Assembly (NCBI GenBank): GCA_964035545.1
Contig: OZ037773.1
Coordinates: 10,507,751 to 10,571,750, forward strand
Direction: 5' to 3'
From: Bugula neritina
Lineage: Eukaryota > Animalia > Bryozoa
DNA length: 64,000 nucleotides
The notes under the pieces are model-generated. The model saw nothing but the letters and a program-made list of their open reading frames with translations, searched no databases and was not told the DNA's origin. The stretch's first letter is position 1. Each line of letters opens with the position of its first letter. The position numbers were made by a program, and so were the translations under genes. Of the stretch, positions 35,712 through 49,500 are shown one piece after another.

Positions 35712-37558
35712 ATAAACGTCACAAACTTATGTCTAACTTTATGTTTCCGCTTTGCTTTTTAAGCTTGTAAATTGACAAAGCTTTCAAAAAAATCTTTTGA
35801 ATGTAGTATCTTTAATTAATATTCTCAATCAAATTATTAGCTACAAAAGCCTTCTATATTTTTTCTAAATAGTATAGATAGAGAGTAAGTAAAGTTGCAT
35901 TAGACTTTAAAAGCGCACTTTGTAATCGGGGCTATAAGTGAGGACCCCAACATTATAATGTGCTCAAAAATTTCACGCCTTGAGCTATTCTATGAAAACT
36001 TACCGAGAAAAGTTAAAAATTGAATTTTGCACCGCTACTTTCACAACAGTTGCAATGAGTTACTATCAAAATGACAATTACAATCACAATGAGTTAGACA
36101 GACTTGCATTAACTGGTTGAATACAACCATTGCTATTGGTATAATATTAAGTAACAATCATTGGTCATTGATGCTATTAGTATTGCAGTACTAGTAGTAG
36201 TAATTCACTAATTGAGTAACACTAACTCAGTTACTGTTAGTGTTAGTGTTAGTGTTAGTGACTGTAATCAGTAATGACTGCTGAACTTAGTCTTAGAGTT
36301 AGACTCAGACTGTCAGTGTCATTTTGATTTTGATTGTCAATGTCATTGACTTTGAGTAATTGTTATACTATGTAAATATATCAATAAATATAATACTGAT
36401 TTTGGTAGTGATATTCATAATCATACTGTAACTGAGTCTCATACTCATACTGATACTGATGATCATACATGATACTTGAGTCATAGTGAATGTGATACTG
36501 ATACAAACAAAGTGATAGTTGCTGGGAGTGGGACGATTTTATTTTCATTTCACCAAACTTGAACTCCAACTCTAAAGCAGCAGTAGACGTAGTAGTGGCA
36601 GTAGCCAGTATCACTATGAGTATGATAGTATGAGTATGACTAATTCTAAAAGATGTTCATTACTTTATGCATTTACATGGTGATGGTGCGTATCATCGTA
36701 ATGATAATGATAAAGTAAAAATTATTGTCAGAATGGTGATCAGTTTATGAGAACTGATAGGCATTAAATATAATTTAACTTTGCCTTTGATGATTTCCTA
36801 ATTTTGATTCAACTTGAAAATAAACTAAATCTACAATTAAGACTAAGAGTAATACTAAGTCTAATAGTAATACTAAGTCTAATAGTAATACTAAGTCTAA
36901 TAGTACCACTGTAGTACTAATAACTATCAGTCCTTTTATTTCTACAACCACTTATACTACTAGAACTAGTACTAGTAGTATTATATTTACAAATTATAGA
37001 GTTAGTAATAAGTGGATATTGCTTTTTATTTATTACTTATTATCTACAGTGTACTAATATTAGTACTAGTAATATTATACTTATAGTTATGTCTATAGTA
37101 ATACTAATAGTTATACTCAATCTCATAGTTAGTGACAAACATTTAGGAAACTAGTCAAAACTTTTTCCTAAAAATGAGATTAAATGTCAATGAATGTAAT
37201 GAGTAGAAAGTAATTTGCTGAGTAGCACTAATAGTAATATTGTCTCAATATCAAACTCTGCATGAATAGGATATTTAGTTTCCTCACCTCCATCCAAATG
37301 CACTACGAACAGTTTTTTTTAGGTACTCTTGGCATTTTATTTTAATTTTAATTTCTTTTTTAGTTTTGGTTTTCAATTATGTGTGAGAAAGATATCCAAT
37401 GTAATTGAAAGGTCATGTTCAAAGAAAAATTCTACTAGACACTGGTGAATCGTTCAACTCATTGACTTTGATTTTCAGTTGGTTATCTCAGTCTTACTCT
37501 TATGTAATAAGACTCTGTATTGAATTGATAGTAACACATTGGAGTTGATTCTGTGGAG

Positions 37559-40500
37559 ATGAGTAAAAAGACTTTCAAAGAGGGAGAAGTTGTGTTTGCG
37601 AAGGTCAAAGGTTACCCTCCATGGCCTGCGCAAGTGAGTAATTGATTTATAAGTGACGTCTTCTTTCAGCTAACAGTTGAACTGTAAGTTTATCTCCTAT
37701 TGGCTCCTTTTATATGTCAAGTGGTTGACATGTCAAGACAGTGTCTGGTTGTAGCTATATGCAGTCTATAAGATAGGTGGGAGGAGACTTCTTATATAGA
37801 TCGTATAGGCTCCACCCTACTGAATACCTCTCCTCCTTGTTTTGTAGGTTATCGCTGCAGCTAAAGGAAAATATCCCGTCCTCTTCTATGGCACCAATGA
37901 GAGGTTAGCTTGTTGCTACCCTAATTAACAGTTTGTTAGTTATAATAGTCTATCACTGAAGTATACTAATGTAGTGTATAGTAAAGTAATGTATTGTATA
38001 GTAAAGTAATGTATTGTATAGTAAAGTAATGTATTGTATAGTAAAGTAATGTATTCTATAGCAAAGTAATGTATTGTATAGTAAAGTATTGTATTGTATA
38101 GTAAAGTAATGTATTGTATAGTAAAGTAATGTATTGTATATTAAAGTAATGTATTGTACAGTAATGTAGTGTATTGTATAGTAAAGTAATGTATTGTACA
38201 GTAATGTAGTGTATTGTATAGTAAAGTAATGTATTGTATAGTAAAGTATTCTATAGTAAAGTAGTGTATTGTATAGTAAAGTAATGTATTGTATAGTAAA
38301 GTAATGTATTGTATAGTAAAGTAATGTATTCTATAGCAAAGTAATGTAGTTTATAGCATAGCATTACATAATAAAGTAGTTTATTTGGAGTTGTTTTTCT
38401 TCCTAATTTCAGTGCCAATTGCAAGCCTCAGGATCTCTTCCAGTTTGCAGACTTTGAAGAGAAGTATGGGAAGAACAGTAAGCCAGCCTTTCTGAAAGCT
38501 ATGAGTGAAGCAAGAGATGTCATAGCTGGGGTTTTCAACAGTAATTCCGGCGGAACTCGTAGTCGGGTGAGGGAGATAACTCCTAGAATAGAGTACTAGA
38601 GTGAGACAACTCTAAACTCCTTCTGAGCTCAGTTAGTGTTTCACAATACATACCTTCTCTTCTATGTTGCCATGGAAACACATCTACTTGTTTATATAGA
38701 GATCAGAGACCAAGTCCTCAGCCAATCAAAAGACAGCAATATCAGCCAATCAGGTAGAAGAAAGTGAATCAGAAGACGAAGAACCTCCCAAGAAGAGAGT
38801 GAGCAGATAGTTATTATATACCTAATATATGTAGTATATGCAGTGTGTATAGTGTGTATACAGTGTGTAGTTAGTATATACCTGCTATATATTGTGTGTG
38901 TGCAGTGTGTAGTGTATGTACAGTGTGTAGTTAGTATATACAGTATGTATAGTATGTACAGTGTGTAGTATATACAGTATGTATAGTATATACAGTGTGT
39001 AGTTAGTATATACAGTGTGTAGTTAGTATATACAGTGTGTAGTTAGTATATACAGTATGTATAGTATATACAGTATATAGTTAGTATATACAATGTGTAG
39101 TATATACAGTGTGTAGAGTATGTACAGTGTGTAGAGTATGTACAGTGTGTAGTATATACAGTGTGTTGTGTGTTTTAGACGAAGGCCGTATCAAAGGCAA
39201 ATAAAAAGACACTCGTCACAAAAGCTGCTAAGAAAGCGCCAGCTTCTAGAAAGTCTAGTCGGAAAACTGTTAAAAAGTTAGTTGAGATTTATCCTTTCAA
39301 TGCTATGTTCTATGTATTATATTAAGTATACTATAATGGGTATACTAATGTCTGCATGCTCTTGTAGTGATGATGAGTCAGAAGAAGAGGCGGATGGAGC
39401 AGAATCTCCCCAAAGGGGTGGATCCAAGCGAGGAGGTAATAAACAGGGTTACATATTCTATTTATAGCCCCCTCCACTGAGATAGTATAAACTCTTGTGT
39501 TCTGTGTTACACATGAGAATGTAATGTAGGATCTACACGTCTGTCAGGTGATAGAGAGGAGGGGAAGAGTGACGTGGAGAGTGACGCCGCGTCTGCTGCC
39601 TCTCAACAGAGTGAGTCGGCAGCAAGTGAGAGAGACAGCGACGCTGACTCTGTGGAAGCTGTGCCAGTCAAGAAGACCAGAGCTAAAGCTGCGTCTAGAA
39701 AGTCTCCAGTGAAGAGAGGACGGCCAGCTAAGAAGGTTGACTCCTCGGAGGATGAGAAAGAGGCTGAGAAATCAGACGACAGTGTCTCGGGTAATCCATT
39801 GTTCCAGAATTATTTTAGAATGTTGATTGTAATAAAATGTACTTAGTAACTCAATGGAATATAGACTTTATAGTATGCACGTTGTAAGTATGTACGTTGT
39901 AAGTATGTACGCTGTTAGTATGTACATTGTTAGTATGTATATTATAAGTATGTACATTATAAACTTGTATGAAATAGTTTGTAAATTTGTAAATTGTCAA
40001 CATTGAACCAGTTGTTACTGAAAGAGCCAATCACTACTGGAGTAATACAGAGTAGCCAATCAGTACTGGCGTATCATAAAGAACCCAATGAAATTCACCC
40101 AATCATTCACGGTGTGTTTCAGATGCCGAGTCAGCAAAATCTAGTAGCAGCTCTGAATCTCATTCTTCGAGTTCTTCTAGCAGCAAGTCGGGGAGTAGCG
40201 AGTCCAGCCAACCTTCTACTGAGAAGGACAGAGAAGATGAGGCTAGGTTGCCTGCAGGGGTGGAGGAAGGAGATAATGATGAGGGGGAGTTGCCGACAGG
40301 GGTGGAGAAAGGAGATAATGATGAGGGGGAGTTGGCTGCTCCTACAGGGGTGGAGAAAGGAGAGGATAAAGAGGGGGAGTCTAAAAGTAAGATTCTAATT
40401 GCAGCATCTTATTCGGTGTTTTATGAGTTTATAGCATTTAATGTTTAAGTTTGAGCAATTTCATCTGTTATACATGTATTTCATTATAATATATTATGCT

Positions 40501-43500
40501 ACATTTTAATACAATATATCACATTATAATATAATATATTACATTAAAACACAATATATTACATTATGATACAATATATTACATTATAATACAATATATT
40601 ACATTATAATACACTTCAACAGACTATCTTCTCTCAGAATAAAGCAGAGTTCTTCTCTTGGAGGTAATTTATCTGTTGACTCTGTATAGAATATTCCGAT
40701 ATATTGTAGAGCTGAACAGTGACAACACGGCACCAGGTGCACTCGGTGGTGATGGGGAGTCGGTGACAACAGAGTCTAAGGAGGTTGTCACCAGTTTACC
40801 AGGTATATATACTCACATGTTACCAGGTATATATACTCTCTCATGTTACCAGGTATATATATACTCTCACATGTTACCAGGTATATATATTCTCTCACAT
40901 GTTACCAGGTATATATATTCTCTCTCATGTTACCAGGTATATATATTCTCTCACACGTTACCAGGTATATATATACTCTCACATGTTACCAGGTATATAT
41001 ATTCTCTCACACGTTACCAGGTATATATATTCTCTCTCACATGTTACCAGGTATATATTCTCTCACACGTTACCAGGTATATATATTCTCTCTCATGTTA
41101 CCAGGTATATATTCTCTCTCATGTTACCAGGTATATATATACTCTCACATGTTACCAGGTATATATATTCTCTCTCATGTTACCAGGTATATATTCTCTC
41201 ACATGTTACCAGGTATATATATACTCTCATATATAATATATTCTCTCTACAGGGGAGTCTAAAGATGACTCAGATAATCAGAATGCGTCTGCTACCAACT
41301 CGTCTGCAGAAGATGATGATGTCATCCACTCGAGCAGAGCTCACAAGTCTCACAGTAAGAACGCTGTCCTCAGTGAGTCAGACAGTGAGGAGGAGACTAA
41401 ACCTAAGGTGGGTGGGGCTACGGATGTTATTGGTTACAGTGTCAGCTTTGGCAGTGTATTGGCAGTGTTTTGATAGTTTGTGGATAAGAGTTCTGTGACC
41501 TCGTGGTTTGGCTAGTTATTGATGGGCAGAGCTTAATAATTTGAGCATATGGTGTTTCTGCTTTGTACCCACTTAGTCGGTGGCGCTTACTGAGTTAAAC
41601 TTGGGGGGTGTGGCTTACTGAGTTAAACTTGGGGGTGTGGCTTAGTGAGATAGACTTGGTGGGTGTGGCCTAGTGAGTTAAACTTCGTGGGTGTGGCTTA
41701 GTGAGATGGACTTGGTGGGTGTGGCTTAGTGAGTTGAACTTGGTGGGTGTGGCTTAGTGAGTTAAACTTGGTGGGTGTGGCTTAGTGAGTTGACTTACTC
41801 TGCTACTCTCATGTACAGAATTGTCTGGCTGTTCCTTACCAGGAAGAAGAGAAAGATTTGGAGCAGCTGTTGGCGGAGAGGAAACAGGAGCATCAGGAGT
41901 TGAAGTTGAAGAGACGACAAGAGAAGTTAGAAGAGCGAAGGCAGCGTCAGCTTCAGAGAGAGAAAGAGCAAGAAGAGGAGAGGAAAGCGAAGGAGGAAAA
42001 GAAAAGACAGCATCATATGAGTGAGTGGCGTGAGCTTCACACAGCTGACACTACTTGTCACTTCTAACACACCTGACACTCCTGACACTACCTGACACAC
42101 TCCTGACACTTCTAACACACCTGACACACTCATGACACTACCTGACACACTCCTGACACACTCCTGACACACTCATGACACTACCTGACACACTCCTGAC
42201 ACACACCTGACACTACCTGACACACTCCTGACACACACCTGACACACTCCTGACACACTCCTGACACTTCTAACACACCTGCCACACTCCTGACACTACC
42301 TGACACTCCTGGCACACTCCTGACACACACCTGACACACACCTGACACACTTGGCACATGTGACACAACTGACACTAATTGCTTTTTATTTTATTTTATG
42401 GTATCTTCTTATAGAGTTGAAGACGGAGAAGAAGTTAAGAGAGTTAGACGATGTGATAAAGAGATCGTTGGCAGTCAGTACGAAGGTAACACAATGTCTC
42501 TTCTACTCCTAAATATTAGCATCTATCTATCTAGTACTACTAGTGTTAGTACTACTAGTGTTAGTGCTACTAGTGTTAGTACTACTAGTGTTATTAGTGA
42601 GTAGTAAGTGAAATCAAGCACCTGTTGTAGGATGTTGACAAGTGTCTAGAAGCTATGAAAGAACTGAATGGTTTGGAGATTATAGCCTCCATGTTGGTGA
42701 AGTATCCAACCATCATTGATACTCTGAAGAAGGTATGTGTGCTTCTGTAATACCATTCATATGTGTACTCATGTAATACCATTCCTATGTGTACTACTGT
42801 AATACTATACTTACTCTGTGTACTCATGTAATACTATACTTACATAGTGTACCTCTGTAGTACTATACTTACTCTGTGTACCTTTGTAATACTATATTTA
42901 CTCTGTGTACTCATGTAATACTATACTTACTCTGTGTACCTTTGTAATACTATACTTACTCTGTGTACTCATGTAATACTATACTTACTCTGTGTACCTC
43001 TGCAGTGCCGGAAGTATAAAGCAGACGTCAAGGTGATGTCACAAGCCGACTCTCTCTGTAATAAACTCAAGTCTATCGCCAGCAGTGACAAGTCCGCTCT
43101 CTCTGCTCTCAACAAGCAGAAGTCTGACAAGCAGAAGGAGAAGAAGCCCTCTGGTGGCGAGAAAGTAGTAACACAGACGTCAAGTGGTGAACATTCAGTC
43201 TCAGTGCCTCCTCCGGTCACAGAACCTGTTGGTGCTAAAACTGGTGACACCATGCTGGAGCCCAGTGTTGGTGCTAACAGTACAGCTGCTGAGACTAATG
43301 AAGTAGGGACTGATGCTGTTCAGCCAATGAAATCGGAGGAAAGTGTAGTAACTGAGCCAATCAGGGAGCCAGCTGAAGATGGCACGGCCATAGATGACAA
43401 ATCAGAGCAGGTGCTTTCAAATATGCAGGCTGCATTAGTGACCACCCATGTAGAGAATATAGAGAATGACTCAGATAAAGTGAATACTGACAATAAAACC

Positions 43501-44304
43501 GATCACACAGACCCTCCTCTCATCCAATCAGCAGACAATACTGATGAAACTAGCCAATCACAAGAAGGTACACATGCGAATCACACAGTGGTTGGTTCAG
43601 TCAGTGATTTAAAAGTGATGGTGAAGGATGAGCTGCCATCTGAGGACGTGCTGACTGCTGGCATACAGGCACTGATAGCTAAGACTCAGGAGTCCACCGC
43701 CATACTCGACCAGGTCATCAAACAGAAGAAGGTACTTAGTTCTTGTATGTACTGACTACTAGTACTACTAGTACTACTACTACTACTACTACTACTACTG
43801 CTACTACTACTACTACTACCACTACTACTACTAGTACTAGTACTACTACTATTGCTACTAATACTACTTGTACTAGTACTACTACTACTACTACTACTAC
43901 TACCACTACTACTACTAGTACTAGTACTACTACTATTGCTACTAGTACTACTTGTACTACTACTACTACTACTAGTACTACTACTACTACTGCTGCTGCT
44001 ACTGCTGCTGCTACTGCTGCTACCGCTGCTATACTAATCCTGTAATCATGTATTATTGTTCCATCAGGATAAGAGATCTTCTTCGAGCTCATCTCGTAAA
44101 AGAAGAAAGATAGACTCAGGTTTACATCAGTATGAGTCATCTCGGAGTTCGAATGCCCCACACAAACCGTTGCCGAGTTCTAAGTCTACTGTGGCAGCTA
44201 CTAGCCTCAGTTCTTCTACTAAATCAGTTGACAGACCAACTCACACTAGTAAGAAAGTAGCGGAGTTAGATGACATGGACATTCATGATCTACTCGGTAT
44301 CTGA
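37559..44304 (+). CDS. PWWP + integrase-binding-domain chromatin reader (LEDGF/PSIP1-HDGFL2 family)
   Basis: N-terminal PWWP: FKEGEVVFAKVKGYPPWPAQ|..YPVLFYGTNE|..QDLFQF..FEEKYGK..AFLKAMSE. Acidic/Ser-rich middle and a charged coiled coil. IBD: EKKLRELDDVIKRSL..DVDKCLEAMKEL..IIDTLKKCRKYKADVKVMSQADSLCNKLK. Confidence 0.9.
37975..38350. repeat. 20-bp intronic minisatellite (PWWP gene)
   Basis: (GTAAAGTAATGTATTGTATA)n. Confidence 0.95.
40796..41225. repeat. ~24-30-bp minisatellite containing the exon end and 5' splice site (about 16 copies)
   Basis: Unit TTACCAG|GTATATATATTCTCTCACATG. Confidence 0.94.
43755..44035. repeat. (ACT)n/(GCT)n trinucleotide array filling the last intron of the PWWP gene
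   Basis: Direct reading; lies between donor AAG|GTACTT and acceptor CATCAG. Confidence 0.92.
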
Positions 44305-46551
44305 TTAGTCAACATCCATCCATTCACTATGCTACTGGAATATAACAGAACTGGTTTTACTATGTAATACTATACCAACTGCTGTATCTAACTCACTCAG
44401 CACTTTAACTGGTTGTAAATGTGTATTGAATAGTCATTCTACATTCTTGTACATATCTATGTGATTGCCTGCACACTTTGTATATACTATTGTACTATTA
44501 AGTTTCAATGATTTATATTTTGGCTGCTTTGCAATGATTGTTATGAATATTAATAAAATAAAATGTATAAATGACTGAAACTTGTTTACCTAGTGATGTT
44601 TATCAGCAACTGCTATAAATGTTGGCAGTTGCAATTCAAGAGAATAATTATCTAGACTATAATTTCTAGTTCCAAGCCATGCTATAACCTCTCTCATGTG
44701 TTAGTCTCAGTAACCATAAATATGCTTACTGTATGAGACTACAGCCTTAGCAACCGCAGATTTTTGTCTTTGAGTAATCCGATTTTGGCAAAGCAACTCC
44801 TAACTTTTAGTGAATATTGTAACGTAATAAATGAAAAAATGATTTCATTTGAGGTCATTTTATTGCACAGCAATGTACAGAATAAAATTTACACTGCAGC
44901 AAATGTCATTTGGTTACATGTTGTGTGCCATCATGTGCAATACCATAATCTTAGATCATATATTATAGAGTATTACTAGAATACATTATAGAATAATATA
45001 CTAGATATATATAGAGAGTAATATACTAGATAGTAGATATATAGAGAGTAATATACTAGATAGTAGATATATAGAGAGTAATATACTAAATATATATAGA
45101 GAGTAATATACTAGATATATATAGAGAGTAATATACTAGATAGTAGATATATAGAGAGTAATATACTAGATAGTAGATATATAGAGAGTAGTATACTAAA
45201 TATATATAGACAGTGATAGGCAGCAGAGACAATGCAGTGTCATGATGTCAGTCAGTACTAATGATTGGTTGTAAAGACGATAATCTCTTGATAAGGCATG
45301 TGTTTCCTTTACTATTGAAGTATTTTATTGAATTTCTATTAATAATCAGTTATGAAGATTATAATAAAGAAGGCAGAGAGTAGAAGCTTCCTATCATCTA
45401 TACCGTGTGCAGTAGTGAAAGACAGCAGTACGATACCACCTGCTGTCAGTGTCAGAGAAGTTACCTACTGTCAGTATCAGAGAAGTCACCTGCTATCAGT
45501 GTCAGAGAAGTTACCTGCTGTCAGTGTCACACAACAATCATCTACTGTCAGTGTCACACAACAATCACCTACTGTCAGTGTCACATAGCACCTACTAGAC
45601 TAGGCCTGTCAGTTCTCCTTCATCATCTGATACTACTGAATATGTCTAAACATATAAACAGGTAATATTACAGCTTGCTCTTTATTCTCTCAATATAATA
45701 TATTGTTCAGCCACAGTGAAGTCTTGTGGTGATGTGTTTGTATTTTATGTCACAAGTATAATTTTCACTCTGAAAATCTAATTTCTACCATTCTATACCA
45801 ACTGGTTTATCAGACTAGTACATACTTATATTAACTTATAAAATATATATGCATTAGTATATAGTTCTATTGCCTCTAAGTTATAAAAGCAGGAGATATA
45901 ATATTTTTTCACTGCTATATATTGACACTGATACTTATAATAACAAAGCTGGGGAATCAAGCTCAATAGCTGAAGCAATGCAGTTTGTATGCTGAATATA
46001 AGATATATTATTGTTGTTTCAACTTGCTGTTCACTAAGTAAAGATGTAACTAAAATTATTTCTTCTTTTATTGCAAGTGATTTTTGCTTCACAAGAGTTG
46101 TACAAGGGATTTTCTGTGCAATGTTACCCAGCAGTTAGTAAAGGAGTTTATTCCATTGAGATATGTGCTGAGAGAGACAACTCCTGACACGGCTGCTGTA
46201 CCTTTACTTTATCTGCTTGCTTACTGTGAACAGAGTAACTAATGGCTGCTTTTACTTCTACAGATCTGTTCTACCAACACTTACCTTCACAATACATTTA
46301 GCTTACTTATATTATGACAATATGATGACCTAATAAATAACTCTAATATTATTTATCTGATTTATTAATCTAGCTACAACTTTTATGTGAATTCTAAATT
46401 TTTTATTTCAATTGAACCCATTGATTGCTATAACTATATATATTGTAAAATTTAGTAAGCAATTAATCTCCGAATCTGCATTCAGTCTTTGTAGCCCTAA
46501 GACCCACGGCTGTTAGCTGCTTGTTGTGGGTGGACACTCTACACTTCGACT

Positions 46552-49500
46552 ATGAGCACCCAGAATGGAGGCTGCTACGTAGTGTATAAGTTGGGAGAAG
46601 GCAACTTCCGGTTCATGATTATACTGCTAGTTCTCATCTTCTATATGCTGACTGGAGCCCTGATATTCCAGTGAGTGTTGTCTCCCCATTCTCTAACCTT
46701 CCTTAGTGTGAAACTTCAGGCACCTTTGATGTTAGAAGAACTTTGATTGGCTATGAACTTGAAGCTTCTAAGTTGCAGTTTTGTTGATCAGCTAAAAGCT
46801 TTTTGACCTAAAAGCATTTCATTTTTCAACAATTTCTGTGTATGAAAAGTAAATACTAAAGTAACTGTTTGAATTATCGACCTGTAGCTTCTTCTATGAA
46901 CAGCTTTCAGCTGTATGTTCATTAAAGACAAAAGATTCTCCTGAGTTACCTGAACTTAATCAAAATCTACCTTGTACATAGATTCTACTTGAATGTTGAA
47001 ACACATTTTGTTTTAACGAATGGAATCGCATAATACTTTAGTAGATCGTTAAACTCTGTGGCGAGGTCATTCACCTGACAGTCATCATGTTCATATGACA
47101 TGATAATATATCTGTATCATTAGAGAGTAGAAGTGTTGACAATGTACCTTAAGAATGTTCTAATTATAAACCAACTCACAGTTCAACAACTCCTTTCTCC
47201 AATAACCAAGTAGATAATATGTTGTTGGGAGACCACATGGTCATATCTTCTCCCAACATCCTAGTATAGAATGCACTAGAGAGATAATATTCCCCTGACA
47301 CTCTCTGGATCAGCTGTAGACTCTACTCTATGCAGCTCTAAACTCTGTAGAATACTGCATAGATAGCTAGAAGTATAAACTCTGGCAAGTTGCAGGTATA
47401 AACGCTAGCAAGTTGAGGGTATACACTCTAGCAAGTTGAGGGTATACACAGTAGCAAGTTGGGGGTATACACACTAGCATGTTGGGGGTATAAACAGTAG
47501 CATGTTGAGGGTATACACACTAGCATGTTGGGGGTATAAACAGTAGCAAGTTGGGGGTATAAACACTAGCAAGCATTATGTAAAGTATAGCAGAGACTTT
47601 AAAGTACAATAACTCAGAGTTTGAATGGTGAATGTCAAAAAGTCAAACCACTTCGCAAGAACACTGCTCTCTTAACACTATACTCATCTTATTTTCTTGG
47701 CAAAAATAAATAATAAATTTTAAACTCAATAATTTAAGGTGTTTTAATAATAGTTTGACCTCATTATCTTATTGATTGTGCTGAGGTTGCCATAGCAGGG
47801 TTTTCTTAAGGAGTGTTTTGCTGGGCTGTATAGGCTATTGATGAGCTGTATATCCACTTGGGGAAAGATTCATGCTGAGAAATCAACTGGACACTAAGTG
47901 CACTTGATATGCTGTCAACACTTTCTAGAATATTCCATGAATATGATTGGCATGAGTGTTGCTAACATATGGAAGGAGTTCTGGTGTGTATCATACTTGA
48001 AGAGCTGAAGTTTTACACTCCTATCTATTCTGTATGAATATACTCCACACTAGAGAGAGATACAAACCTGGTACTTAATGTACATGACCCTTCCCCACAT
48101 AGTAAACACTCGTGGTCTGGTCACGTGTTGCTGGGTGTCGGATGAACACATGTTTATGTATACTCAGTGACACTCAGGGTTCCTACTAGATATGCAGTTC
48201 CATACTTTGACAGTATAAATAATTATAAATGAAAACCAACTGATTAGATTCCTTTGTATTATGGTATTATGTTGTGTGTTGCATCATGTTGTAGTAACAG
48301 CTAAGAGATGTTCAGTATAATAACAATCTCTGTGTTTGTTTCAGAGCCATCGAGCAGCAGAGAGAGAAAGAAGAACGTCAGAACTATATCCTCTCCAAGC
48401 AGCTCTTCCTCTACAAGTATCCTCTCATCAACAAAAGTGACCTTGACACTCTACTCAACTTACACGAGGAGGCCGCTGCCAACGGTCATCTGGAAGACAG
48501 CGTTGAGCGGTGGAGCTTCTACGGCTCTCTCTATTTTATATCCACATTGGTACTTACCATAGGTAGGTGCTTACCATAGGTAGGTATCTCTGTCATATAT
48601 TACTTACCATAGGTAGGTATATCTGCTCTAATACTTACCATAGGTAGGTACAACCACTACATTACTTACCATAGGTAGGTACTTACCATAGGTAGGTATC
48701 TCTGCTGTAGTAAGTACCCACAGAAGGTTATTCTCAGTTCACTAGTTTTGGATCTTACTGTGTTTTCAGTTATTTTAGTTGTAAGACTACATACTTCCCC
48801 TTTTCAAACCCTCAACATTTTAAACCTTGACCTTCTTTACTTCCTCTTAGGTTTTGGAATGACGTTCCCCATAACAAAAGCTGGGAAACTTGTGTGCATT
48901 ATCTATGGGTTCTTTGGATGTGTTCTCAGTGTGTTGACCTTTAACCTCTTCCTTGAGCGAATCATCATCATGTGGACGGAGATCATTAAGAAGTCGTGTC
49001 ACCTGTTCAGAAAACTGAAATCAGTTGGAGGTAATAAAGTTTCGGCTATGAATAGGTGAGCAAATGTTACTATCCCTCTTGATCTCTCCTGGTATACTGT
49101 ACAATAATACTGTTATACATCCCTTGATCTCTCCTGCTATACTGTACAATAATACTGTTATATATCCCTCTTGACCTCTCCTGGTATACTGTATATATTG
49201 TTATATGTCCCTCTTGATCTCTCCTGGTATACTGTATATATTATTATATATCCCTCTTGATCTCTCCTGCTATACTGTACAATAATACTGTTATATATCC
49301 CTCTTGACCTCTCCTGGTATACTGTATATATTATTATATATCCCTCTTGATCTCTCCTGGCATACTGTATATATTATTATATATCCCTCTTGATCTCTCC
49401 TGGTATACTGTATATATATTGTTATATATCCCTCTTGATCTCTCCTGGTATACTGTATATATTGTTATATGTTGGTACCACCAACTATTTTGTGTGTTTA

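Noticed and set aside
44995-45210. Similarity of this repeat (AGAGTAATATACTAGATAGT) to the 31-bp unit at 13953-14646
   Set aside because: A short AT-rich match that could be convergent; not enough to call a dispersed satellite family, though it slightly weakens a local origin for that one array.
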